DNA of 64,000 nucleotides from Nitrosopumilaceae archaeon (GTDB lineage: Archaea > Thermoproteota > Nitrososphaeria > Nitrososphaerales > Nitrosopumilaceae). The notes under the pieces are model-generated. The model searched no databases. It saw only the letters and a list, made by a program, of their open reading frames with translations, and was not told where the DNA came from. The stretch lies in NCBI GenBank assembly GCA_965214835.1, contig CBDCCK010000002.1, forward strand, positions 2,112,001-2,176,000, in the 5' to 3' direction. Of this stretch, positions 27,948 to 37,527 are shown one piece after another (within the stretch, counting starts at the first letter, position 1; the number at the start of each line of letters is the position of its first letter). The translations under genes were made by a program, and so were the position numbers.

Positions 27948-28029
27948 CATAACCATGATTTTAGGCACAAAAGATCAGTCACCTTTGCGTGTTCAGGCAC
28001 GGCTATGCAACAAGCGTAAGGTGCGAGAT

Positions 28030-28670
28030 CATGCCTCCACTATGAATCGATAAACGTTGATGCCTGTACCTGTAAGCGCACGTACGATATTCCGGTATGC
28101 ATACCTGCCAATACGGATATACAAGTAGGCGGGTCGGACGACATGACGGTTCGGCCGCAGGTACCAGTAGAGCCCCCGACTCCGGTTCTGCAGCCTGAGC
28201 CCGAGCCGGAACCAGAACCTGAACCCGAGCCACAGGTGCCTGTCGAGCCCCAGACCTCGGTACAACCGGATCCTAGGCCCCATGCCGCCTCGGAACCGGG
28301 AGGCACATGCCTGATAGCGACTGCCGCATACGGGATCAAGCTGGCGCCGCAGGTGCAGGCACTCGGAGATACGCGACAGTGCACTGCTCTCGACGGGCTC
28401 GGGCGCCTCCTTTGTTGCTGGATTCAACTCCATATACTATTCGTTCTCGTCGGCAGTAGCCGGCCTGGAGAGCCAGAACCCGGCATTTCGCGAGGCCGTA
28501 AGGGTGCTTGTGACCTCAATGATATCGACGCTGTCGATAATGTCGCTTGCTGAGGAGGGCTCAGATGCATCGGTACTGGCGCTGGGAGCCTCAGTTTGCC
28601 CTCAATATCGGCATGTGTGTAGCAGTGCCTGCAGCCGCCATCGTGGCTGTCCGGCGGCTGCGGGACTAAA
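28030..28670 (+). pseudogene. CFI-box-CTERM surface protein remnant with PE linker
   Basis: (PE)n then GGTCLIATAAYG..LAPQVQ; after a frameshift IRD...GFNSIYYSFS...NPAFREAV; boundaries approximate. Confidence 0.75.
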
Positions 28671-28963
28671 GTCTGCCGATCACCGAACGGTATGGGTGCA
28701 TTGCATCCTCTGCAAAGAAAAACAATGCATAAAGAGAATCGTTTTGCACTATTTTGATGCCTTGTGCTAGAAGATGGCTTGCTAGAGCCTCCAATACAAT
28801 CCTCCCACGTCTGTACCACATTCAAAACGGTGATGCCTAAAAAAACATCCAGACTGCGTTTTTGCATCGCCACTAGGCGGATGCTCCTGGCACCTTTCAG
28901 AGAAATCTGACCGGGCCCAGACATGTGCCGTTTTGGCAGCGCAGCTCCCTGCCCGGATCGCGT

Positions 28964-29416
28964 TTATTCTACCTCGACTATGGCATCAATCTCTGTCATT
29001 GAATCAAGCGGCAGGCTGGCAACCCCCACTGCGATTCTGGAGTGCCTTGCGGCCTCCCCGAACACATCAAACAGGAGGTCCGATGCTGCGTTGATCACCT
29101 TTGGATGCTGGCAAAACTCCGGATCCGAGTTTACAAACCCCGAAATCCTGACTATCTGTCTTACTTTGTCTAGGCTTCCAAGGTTTGCCTTTAGCTGGGA
29201 CAGGATGTTTATGGCGCAAATCCTTGCAGACCTTCTTGCATCCTCGATATTCTCATCGGTGACCTTTCCTGCAAATGCAACTCTTCCGTCCTGTAGCGGT
29301 ATCTGTCCTGACAAAAACACCAGATTCCCGACCCTGACGGCCGGAACGTAAGAGCCTGCAGGCGCGGGAGGGACAGGCAGTACAATTCCCAGCTCTGATA
29401 TCTTTTTCTCATACAT
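28964..29416 (-). CDS. RidA/YjgF family protein
   Basis: GSYVP, LSGQIP, HSRIAVGVASLP. Confidence 0.92.
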   Translation of the reverse strand: MYEKKISELGIVLPVPPAPAGSYVPAVRVGNLVFLSGQIPLQDGRVAFAGKVTDENIEDARRSARICAINILSQLKANLGSLDKVRQIVRISGFVNSDPEFCQHPKVINAASDLLFDVFGEAARHSRIAVGVASLPLDSMTEIDAIVEVE

Positions 29417-29451
29417 GACAAGCCTTCAAAGACCCGGCTTTTAGTTTTTAC

Positions 29452-30627
29452 CTATTTGAGAATCTTGATGTGAACCCTCTCTCCCCTCTGGCTGTTGTTC
29501 TGGTACGCCAGGCGTGTCTTGTAGCCATGCCTCCTGAGATACTCATCAAGGATACCTGCCCATGGCAGGGAATGCCCGCTGTTCAGCTTGGATTCCACCG
29601 TTATGCTCTTGTTTTTGGTATCGAGGCTGGCATGTCCAGAGCACACTATTCGTAGTGCCGAGTCGATGATCTCGATTACGTCGTCTATGGTTTTTCCCTC
29701 AAGGCTGATTCCATTTTTCTCAAGCAGCCCAAGGATTGCACGCCCGTTGCTCTTTGTAGCGGTGGTGTTTAGGACGTGGCCCAGTCCGTTCTCCTCCACC
29801 ATCTTGATCATCTTGTAGATCTCCTGCGATTCTGCCTTTGTCATGTCTGCCACCGGCTCCGTCTTTAGCCCCGATCTCCACGCGTGATTGAACAGCCTGG
29901 TCTGGCTTGCAGCCAGAATGTCCGTTGATGAAAACGTGGCACCCATGCCATTCTCACTGTCTATGAATAACACCTCACTTTGATCAAACACGAGGCAGTT
30001 CTGACCGGTCTCTGCCACCTTGATTTTTATCCCATCCGGGATCTTCTTAAACGCCTCGGAGCCCAACTGGCCTGCCGGCATTATGATCTTGATATCAAGG
30101 CTGCGCCGTGCAACTGCGACCAGCTGCTCCCTGCACTCTGATAGCAGGCCCAGCCCCCACTGATCCACTGCCAGAAGCATTGACTCCTTGGAGCCCTCGA
30201 TCATCTGCCCTATCTGGCCGAGGACGCTGTTTGCAGCAATGTGGAGGTATCTCCTCTCCTCTGCGCCACGCGCCTTTTTGCTCTCCTCGCTTGCCTGCTT
30301 GAGGCTTGATACGAGGGAATTCATCGCATTAACCTTGTCGATTTGCTCATGTATTGCCTCGTCAAACGCATCCTCCGGGGATACTGCCGTACACATTATG
30401 GGTTTGCTCCTAGACAGCATGACCAGCTTTTTCTTTTCTAGCTTGAGCAGCGTAGGGTACGCCTTGGTTCTGGGAATCTCCGCATAGTAGGCAAGCTCTC
30501 CTGCCGAAACGGTACCCTTTGAGATCAGCGTAACATACGCCTTGGCCTCGTACCTGCTCAGGCCGAACTCCTCCAGGCTTACCGTCAGTGCTTGCTCCTT
30601 GGCCACGCTATATCTTGCCCCCTGCAT
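29452..30627 (-). CDS. TrmB family transcriptional regulator
   Basis: FGLSRYEAKAYVTL, IPRTKAY. Confidence 0.9.
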   Translation of the reverse strand: MQGARYSVAKEQALTVSLEEFGLSRYEAKAYVTLISKGTVSAGELAYYAEIPRTKAYPTLLKLEKKKLVMLSRSKPIMCTAVSPEDAFDEAIHEQIDKVNAMNSLVSSLKQASEESKKARGAEERRYLHIAANSVLGQIGQMIEGSKESMLLAVDQWGLGLLSECREQLVAVARRSLDIKIIMPAGQLGSEAFKKIPDGIKIKVAETGQNCLVFDQSEVLFIDSENGMGATFSSTDILAASQTRLFNHAWRSGLKTEPVADMTKAESQEIYKMIKMVEENGLGHVLNTTATKSNGRAILGLLEKNGISLEGKTIDDVIEIIDSALRIVCSGHASLDTKNKSITVESKLNSGHSLPWAGILDEYLRRHGYKTRLAYQNNSQRGERVHIKILK

Positions 30628-30762
30628 AGGTAAAACTAGGAGCTAAAATCCTTTGCATAACTACTCAAAAAAATTACAAGACGTAACCCCAGCATCGTGT
30701 CACCGCGGTTACCCCGATCCCCGATACGCGAGCCTGATATACAAAACCCCGGACTCCAGTCC

Positions 30763-31323
30763 ATGTCTGGGAATACCTGCCGGGTCACGGTAATCTCGCG
30801 GGAGGAGATCCCGCATGCGGGCACCCTGCGGCCCCGGCTTGACTCCTCCTTGAGGCTAATCGGGTCGATAATCATTGAATTGGAGGACAAAAGGCGCGAT
30901 GTTGCAAAAGTCAACGACGTGCTTCTTTGCAGTGGCGAGCATGGATCACTTGAGGACGGCCTGTCTGATGAGCGTCTGGTGTGCCAGGCGATCATCGCAC
31001 TAGGCGCCATCCGGTCCAAGATCAGCGGCCTGTCTGCGCTGTCTGCAATTCCGGCCGCCCTGGCACCCGCGGTTCCCGCGGTTCGGGCCCTAAGCTCCGG
31101 CCTGTTTGGACTGGCGCCCGAATCCAGCCAGAGGCTGTGTGAGCTGTCCGTTGGCCTGGGAAGCATAGTGGTGGATTCGGCGTTCCTTACAGGCACCAGC
31201 TGCAATTTCGGGCTATCCAATGCCGAATCCGGCCGCCTGTTAGATGAAGCAAAGTTGATGGCCGACTCTAAAATAGACAAACAGCATCCTAATCTAGAAG
31301 GCACCAAAACAAACAGCACTTGA
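30763..31323 (+). CDS. divergent CdvB/ESCRT-III (Snf7-like) paralog
   Basis: LAPAV..VR.L..GL....PE and LDEA.....K....P.L patterns; two genes upstream of cdvC. Confidence 0.65.
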   Translation: MSGNTCRVTVISREEIPHAGTLRPRLDSSLRLIGSIIIELEDKRRDVAKVNDVLLCSGEHGSLEDGLSDERLVCQAIIALGAIRSKISGLSALSAIPAALAPAVPAVRALSSGLFGLAPESSQRLCELSVGLGSIVVDSAFLTGTSCNFGLSNAESGRLLDEAKLMADSKIDKQHPNLEGTKTNST

Positions 31324-31721
31324 CTATTCTATCCCCTAGGCGCAATCTTAAAAAAGACCTGGAGAAGGTAAGGCAGCTATCCTCCAAAATCGAGGGCAGG
31401 CTGCACGAATCCGGCCAATCAAGGATTGACCGCCTCTCCCAGGAACAGCTCCGGGATCTCGGCGAGATCCTGAGGCTGGCCGACTATATCCTTACAAAGC
31501 ACGAGGACAAAAAGGACCTGCATGACCTGCTCGGGGAGTTCGTGGCCATGATCAGGGACTCTGCGGGCTCAATCGACGAGATTGACTCTGACATCGACGA
31601 GCTTGTACTGTCTGCTGAGGCGTCCATATCACTCATCCGGGACGCCCAGACCCGGGTGGCCGAGAAGACCGACTTTGACGGGGCCCCGCGCGGACACAAG
31701 GGCAGCCTGGATCAGGTGTAA
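31320..31721 (+). CDS. hypothetical coiled-coil protein in the cdv cluster
   Basis: Overlaps the upstream stop; helical and charged. Confidence 0.6.
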   Translation: MTILSPRRNLKKDLEKVRQLSSKIEGRLHESGQSRIDRLSQEQLRDLGEILRLADYILTKHEDKKDLHDLLGEFVAMIRDSAGSIDEIDSDIDELVLSAEASISLIRDAQTRVAEKTDFDGAPRGHKGSLDQV

Positions 31722-31800
31722 ATAATTTTACCACTTTTTCGATCCCAGCTTACACCGTAGAATACCAACCCAGATCTACACTACATGCTAGGTAATTTCA

Positions 31801-32994
31801 ATGAGTATGGCCCCGCAAGAACTAGAAAACAGCGCAAGCAAGTATGCGTCTGACGCAATAAGGTTTGACTCCCAAGGTGCGCGCGGCATGGCCATTACCA
31901 ACTATCAAAAGGCCATAGACACGCTAGTCAAGCTCATACAGCTGTATCCTGCCAGCAAGCTAAACCCGATTTACAAGGAGAGAACCGACTCTTATCACAA
32001 GCGCATAACCGTATTGCGGGAGGCGCGCGGCGCAGAGCCCGTCGTTGATCCCAACGCGTCTGCCGAGGAGCAAAAAAAATCCCTCGATCAGCAGGAGGCA
32101 AACAACGACTTTGAGGATCTGATCATGAAGGAAAAGCCGGACATCAGCTGGACCGAGGTCATCGGGCTGGATGATGCCAAAAACGCACTGCGCGAGTCAA
32201 TCGTGTATCCGACAAAGCGCGCCGATCTCTTTCCGCTTGGCTGGCCCCGCGGCATACTCCTGTACGGGCCTCCGGGCTGCGGCAAGACAATCCTGGCTGC
32301 AGCGACTGCAAGCGAGATTGACGGATATTTCATCAACGTTGATGCGGCATCCATGATGAGCAAGTGGCTTGGCGAGGCAGAAAAGAACGTATCGAAGATA
32401 TTTGCCATGGCAAGGGGCTATGCAGACAAAGAAAACAAGCCCGTAATCCTTTTCGTTGACGAGGTCGACTCCCTCCTAGGATCCCGCAACAGCGAGGTGG
32501 GAGGGGAGGTCAGAACCAAGAACCAGTTCCTGACCGAAATGGACGGGATCAACGCCAAGGGAAAGGATCTAAAGCTGTACGTAATTGGCGCCACAAACAA
32601 GCCGTGGAGCTTGGACTGGCCGTTTTTGCGTAGGTTCCAAAAAAGAATCTACGTCAACCTTCCAACCCTGGAGGCACGTGAAAACCTGTTTGACCTGTAT
32701 ACTGCACCGCTACGCAAGGACGTCAAGGTCAGCTCGACGGAGCTGGCCAGACTGTTTGACGGGTACAGTGCAAGCGACATCAAGGACGTGTGCCAGAGCG
32801 CACAGCTGCATGCCGTCCACGAGCTGTTCAGCTCGCCTGACTATCACGAACCCGTGGACGGGGAGGAGCCCCAGCATCCAAAGAACCTTACCATGACTGA
32901 CTTTAAGAACATCATGGAGGAAAGGAAGCCCAGCGTTTCGACGGACATGATAAGGGCGTATCACAAGTGGAGCAACGAGTTCAGGGCGCTCTGA
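31801..32994 (+). CDS. cdvC: CdvC/Vps4 AAA ATPase with MIT domain
   Basis: N-terminal MIT; GPPGCGKT, SKWLGE, FVDE, ATNKPWSLD..FLRRFQKRIY. Confidence 0.92.
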   Translation: MSMAPQELENSASKYASDAIRFDSQGARGMAITNYQKAIDTLVKLIQLYPASKLNPIYKERTDSYHKRITVLREARGAEPVVDPNASAEEQKKSLDQQEANNDFEDLIMKEKPDISWTEVIGLDDAKNALRESIVYPTKRADLFPLGWPRGILLYGPPGCGKTILAAATASEIDGYFINVDAASMMSKWLGEAEKNVSKIFAMARGYADKENKPVILFVDEVDSLLGSRNSEVGGEVRTKNQFLTEMDGINAKGKDLKLYVIGATNKPWSLDWPFLRRFQKRIYVNLPTLEARENLFDLYTAPLRKDVKVSSTELARLFDGYSASDIKDVCQSAQLHAVHELFSSPDYHEPVDGEEPQHPKNLTMTDFKNIMEERKPSVSTDMIRAYHKWSNEFRAL

Positions 32995-33064
32995 TCCCCT
33001 GCGATCAGCGATCACCCCTCATAAAATTTAAATCACAAGTCAAAAGCAGTCCACGAGGGTCACA

Positions 33065-34222
33065 ATAACTACGAGGAAATCCGAGCACGCAAACAAGCTT
33101 GCAAAGCTGATCCTCGATGATGGCACCGTCATTGAGGGAATGGGCTTTGGCTATCCGACGACGGTTTTCGGCGAGGTCGTATTTAACACCGGAATGGTCG
33201 GATACCCTGAGACCATGACTGACCCGTCCTACAGCGGTCAGATCCTCACGCTGACTTATCCACTGGTGGGCAACTACGGGGTTCCTGATCCCTCAGAGAG
33301 GGACGGCGACGGCATCCCCAAGTCCTTTGAATCGGACAGGATCCAGGCTCGCGGACTGGTAGTCCATGAGCTGTCCCTGACTGCCAGCCACTGGAATGTA
33401 TCTATGACCCTTGATGAGTGGCTGTACAACGAAAAAATTCCGGGAATCTCCGGGATAGACACGCGGGCACTGACCAAAAAGCTCCGCTCAAAGGGCGTAA
33501 TGATGGGCGCACTGGCCGTCTCTGATGCCCCCATTGATGACGGCAAGGCAAGGCGGCAGCTTGCAGGGGCCACGCCGTACAGCTCCGAGCGGTTCATGGA
33601 TGCAGTGTCTACAAAGTCCGCCAAAGAGTATGGGGACCGGCCCGAGTCCGTAGTCGTAGTCGACACCGGTGCAAAGAATGCCATACTGAGAAATATCCGG
33701 GACATTGGCTACCGGGCAGTCAAGGTTCCCTGGAATGCCCCGGTCGAGGAGATCCTGTCCTACAGCCCAAAGGGGGTGGTAATCAGCAACGGCCCCGGCG
33801 ACCCCGAGCACTGCCCTGCAACGATTGACACTGCCAGGGCACTGATGGAAAGAGACGTACCCACCCTGGGCATCTGCTTGGGCGCGCAGATCATCGGGCT
33901 TGCCGGCAATGCCAGGACGTACAAGCTAAAGTACGGACATCGCGGCCAGAACAAGCCCTGCGTTGACCTGGACACAGGCCAGGTCTACGTTACCAGCCAA
34001 AACCACGGCTACTGCATAGACCCCGACTCGCTGGGCGACTCTGAGTTTGACCTGTGGTTTACAAACGCAGACGACAAGACGGTCGAGGGAATAAGGCACA
34101 GGAGGAAGAGAACCATCGCAGTACAGTTCCACCCAGAGGCCTCCCCCGGACCATATGACTGCAGGTTTGTCTTTGAAAGGCTCAAGCGACTGATGGAGGA
34201 GGATCGTCCTGCCAAAGAGTGA
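33065..34222 (+). CDS. carA: carbamoyl-phosphate synthase small subunit (probable ATA start)
   Basis: LILDDGT, GEVVFNTGM.GY, SNGPGDP, GICLG, QFHPE. Confidence 0.95.
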   Translation: MTTRKSEHANKLAKLILDDGTVIEGMGFGYPTTVFGEVVFNTGMVGYPETMTDPSYSGQILTLTYPLVGNYGVPDPSERDGDGIPKSFESDRIQARGLVVHELSLTASHWNVSMTLDEWLYNEKIPGISGIDTRALTKKLRSKGVMMGALAVSDAPIDDGKARRQLAGATPYSSERFMDAVSTKSAKEYGDRPESVVVVDTGAKNAILRNIRDIGYRAVKVPWNAPVEEILSYSPKGVVISNGPGDPEHCPATIDTARALMERDVPTLGICLGAQIIGLAGNARTYKLKYGHRGQNKPCVDLDTGQVYVTSQNHGYCIDPDSLGDSEFDLWFTNADDKTVEGIRHRRKRTIAVQFHPEASPGPYDCRFVFERLKRLMEEDRPAKE

Positions 34223-37200
34223 GGATCTGGCCAAAATCCTCGTTTTGGGCAGCGGCGCAATCAAGATCGGGGAGGCAGGGGAGTTTGACTATTCGGGCAG
34301 CCAGTGCCTCAAGGCCATACGTGAGGACGGCCTCAAAAGCGTCCTGATCAACCCCAACGTGGCCACAATCCAGACCGATACCAGGTTTGCAGACCGGGTG
34401 TACATGGTTCCAGTCAACCCGAAATATGTAGAATCCGTAATCGAAAAGGAGAGGCCCGACGGCCTGATGCTTGCATATGGCGGGCAGACGGCCCTGAACT
34501 GCGGCGTAAATCTGGAGGAGGCGGGAGCCTTGAAGAAATACGGCATCCGCGTTCTGGGTACACAGGTGCCGGGCATTCAGAGGACCGAGGACAGACAGCT
34601 CTTCAAGGACTCGATGACCCAGTGCGGCGTCCCCGTCCTGAAAAGCAAGACCGTGACTAACTTTGAGGATGCAAAAAGGGTGGCAGAGGAGCTGTGCTAT
34701 CCTGTGATAGTCAGGGTCGCCTATACCCTTGGGGGCAGGGGTGGCGGCATCGCCCACAACGAGATTGAGCTGCACGAGATTGTAGAGCGGGGAATCAACG
34801 CATCGCTGGTGGGTCAGGTGCTAGTCGAGGAGTACATCGGGCGCTGGAAGCAGATTGAGTATGAGGTGATGCAGGACTGTGTAGGCAACAGCGTGATTGT
34901 CTGCAACATGGAAAACGTCCTCTCGATGCGCGCGCATACGGGCGACAACATCGTCGTTGCCCCCTCCCAGACGATAGACAACTGCGAGTACCACATGCTG
35001 CGCTCTGCGGCGCTGCGCGCAACAAGGCACGTAGGCATCGTCGGCGAGTGCAACATACAGTATGCCATGGATCCGGACTCTGACAGGTACGTGGCAATCG
35101 AGATCAATCCCCGGCTCTCGCGCTCTTCAGCCCTTGCAAGCAAGGCGACCGGATACCCGCTTGCATACATGTCTGCCAAGATCGGCCTGGGCTATACCCT
35201 GCCCGAGCTGGAAAACCGCATCACGAGGTCGACTACTGCGTGCTTTGAGCCCTCCCTTGACTACATCGTGTGCAAGCATCCCAGGTGGGACTTTGGCAAG
35301 TTTGAGCTTGTGAACCGAAAGCTCGGCCCCACCATGAAGTCCGTAGGCGAGGTCATGGCCGTCGGCAGGAGCTTTGAGGAGTCTATACAAAAGGCCGTCC
35401 GCATGCTAGACATAGGGGACGATGGGCTCGTACTGAATCGCGCCGGCGGGGGGCCCCTTGCCGCAGAGGAGATTGAAAACCGCCTCTCGGACATGGATGA
35501 CCGCATTCTGTACAACGTCGCCGTCGCCCTCAAGATGGGGATCCCGGTGGAAAAAATCCATCAGCTGTCCGCAATAGACCCGTGGTTCATAGAAAAAATC
35601 AAGAACATCGTCGAGGCCGAGTCCGAGCTGAGGGCGGGGCCGCTGGGACCTGCACTGCTAAGGGAGTCAAAGCGCCTTGGATTCTCCGACGGCCAGATTG
35701 CGCGGGCAGTCCAGAAAACCCCTGCAGAGGTCAGGGCGCTGAGAAAAGAGCACGGCATCGTGCCTGCAGTAAAGCAGATTGACACCCTGGCAGCCGAGTG
35801 GCCTGCCAGGACAAACTACCTGTACCTTACCTATGGCGGGGCGGGACACGACGTTGCCATACCTGAGGCCGGAAGGGGGATCCTCGTCTTGGGCGCCGGC
35901 CCGTACAGGATTGGAAGCAGCGTGGAGTTTGACTGGGGGACCGTCAACATGGTCTGGTCGCTGCAGGGCAGGGGCGAGAAGAACATCTCCGTGGTAAACT
36001 GCAATCCAGAGACCGTCTCCACCGACTATGACATCTGCAGCAGGCTGTACTTTGAGGAGCTGACCCACGAGCGCATCATGGACATCACCGAGTTTGAGTC
36101 ATCCAAGGGAGTCATAACGTGCGTGGGCGGGCAGACTGCAAACAACCTGACCCCGGAGCTTGCCGATGCCGGCGTCAGCATAATCGGCACGCCTGCACGC
36201 GACGTCGATCGTGCAGAAAACAGATCCGTCTTTAGCGGCGAGCTGGACAAGCTGCACATACAGCAGCCTAGGTGGCAGGCGTTCTCGACGATGGCCGAGG
36301 CCAAGCGCTTTGCACAGGATGTCGGGTATCCAGTGCTGGTGAGGCCCTCGTACGTGCTCAGCGGCGCTGCCATGAAGGTGGTCTGGACTGCCGGCGAGCT
36401 CAAGACGTATGTGGAGAACGCCACCAGCATGTCCCCGGATCATCCTGTGGTCATATCCAAATTCATGCTAAACTCGCTGGAGCTTGACGTCGACGGCGTC
36501 TCTGACGGCAGCAACGTGGTGATCGGCGCGATCATAGAGCACATCGACAGCGCCGGCGTCCACTCCGGCGATGCAATGATGTGCATCCCCCCTTGGAGGC
36601 TCAACAACAGGATCATCGAGACCGTGACGGACTATACGAAAAAGATCGCAAGGACCTTCAACGTGAGGGGACCCTTTAACCTGCAGTTTTTGGTAAGCAA
36701 CAACCAGGTATATGTCATCGAGCTGAACATCAGGGCCTCCCGCTCGATGCCCTTTGTCTCAAAGCTGGTCAGAATCAACCTGATCGACCTGGCAGCGCGC
36801 GCCGTCCTAGGGGAGCGGCTGCCTGCGGTTCCGGACGACGCCTGGAAGAGGATACCCAACTACGGGATCAAGGTGCCGCAGTTCTCGTTTATGCAGCTGG
36901 ACGGCGCAGACATAGTGCTCGGCGTCGAGATGCAGTCGACCGGCGAGGCCGCCTGCTTTGGGACCAGCTTTTATGACGCGCTCTCAAAGGGCCTGACCTC
37001 GGTGGGATACAACCTTCCCTCCGAGGGGACCGCGCTGATTACCGTGGGCGGTGCCGAGAACAAGGGGAAGATACTGCACACCGTTGCCACCCTCAAGGAT
37101 CTCGGGTTCAAAATCCTGGCAACGGAGCACACTGCGGAGTTCTTTGAAGAAAAGCTCGGGGACGTGGAGATCGTCCATAAGATCAGCGAGCCCGAAAGAA

Positions 37201-37451
37201 AGCCAAACATATCGGACCTGCTCTACCAGAGAAAAATCGACTTTATAATCAACATCCCGGGAACCTCGACGCTTGAAAAGTATGTCGGGATGCTAAATGA
37301 CGAGTACCAGATCAGGCGCAAGTCCATCGAGCTTGGCATCCCTGTGCTGACCACGATGGAGCTTGCAGAGTCCTTTGTCAAGACACTCGAGTGGCTCCGG
37401 GACAACGAGACCACCAAGCGGCCTCTAGAGCCGTACCGCGAATACGACTAG
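34209..37451 (+). CDS. carB: carbamoyl-phosphate synthase large subunit (probable CTG start)
   Basis: (M)PK...KILVLGSGAIKIG.A.EFDYSG; duplicated ATP-grasp domains; MGS domain. Confidence 0.97.
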   Translation: MPKSEDLAKILVLGSGAIKIGEAGEFDYSGSQCLKAIREDGLKSVLINPNVATIQTDTRFADRVYMVPVNPKYVESVIEKERPDGLMLAYGGQTALNCGVNLEEAGALKKYGIRVLGTQVPGIQRTEDRQLFKDSMTQCGVPVLKSKTVTNFEDAKRVAEELCYPVIVRVAYTLGGRGGGIAHNEIELHEIVERGINASLVGQVLVEEYIGRWKQIEYEVMQDCVGNSVIVCNMENVLSMRAHTGDNIVVAPSQTIDNCEYHMLRSAALRATRHVGIVGECNIQYAMDPDSDRYVAIEINPRLSRSSALASKATGYPLAYMSAKIGLGYTLPELENRITRSTTACFEPSLDYIVCKHPRWDFGKFELVNRKLGPTMKSVGEVMAVGRSFEESIQKAVRMLDIGDDGLVLNRAGGGPLAAEEIENRLSDMDDRILYNVAVALKMGIPVEKIHQLSAIDPWFIEKIKNIVEAESELRAGPLGPALLRESKRLGFSDGQIARAVQKTPAEVRALRKEHGIVPAVKQIDTLAAEWPARTNYLYLTYGGAGHDVAIPEAGRGILVLGAGPYRIGSSVEFDWGTVNMVWSLQGRGEKNISVVNCNPETVSTDYDICSRLYFEELTHERIMDITEFESSKGVITCVGGQTANNLTPELADAGVSIIGTPARDVDRAENRSVFSGELDKLHIQQPRWQAFSTMAEAKRFAQDVGYPVLVRPSYVLSGAAMKVVWTAGELKTYVENATSMSPDHPVVISKFMLNSLELDVDGVSDGSNVVIGAIIEHIDSAGVHSGDAMMCIPPWRLNNRIIETVTDYTKKIARTFNVRGPFNLQFLVSNNQVYVIELNIRASRSMPFVSKLVRINLIDLAARAVLGERLPAVPDDAWKRIPNYGIKVPQFSFMQLDGADIVLGVEMQSTGEAACFGTSFYDALSKGLTSVGYNLPSEGTALITVGGAENKGKILHTVATLKDLGFKILATEHTAEFFEEKLGDVEIVHKISEPERKPNISDLLYQRKIDFIINIPGTSTLEKYVGMLNDEYQIRRKSIELGIPVLTTMELAESFVKTLEWLRDNETTKRPLEPYREYD

Positions 37452-37527
37452 AATGCACCCTGATGCGGCCGGACTCGCGGAGGCGCCAGGCCGCAGCGCG
37501 CGGATCTGCGGGCTGCCCGGAACCGTC

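Larger units (their letters stand above)
27571..28015. mobile_element. IS5-type MITE interrupted in its left TIR by the mini-IS110
   Basis: Rejoined left TIR GTCTGTTGCATAAC, right TIR GCTATGCAACAAGC; partial homolog at 42918-42967. Confidence 0.7.
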
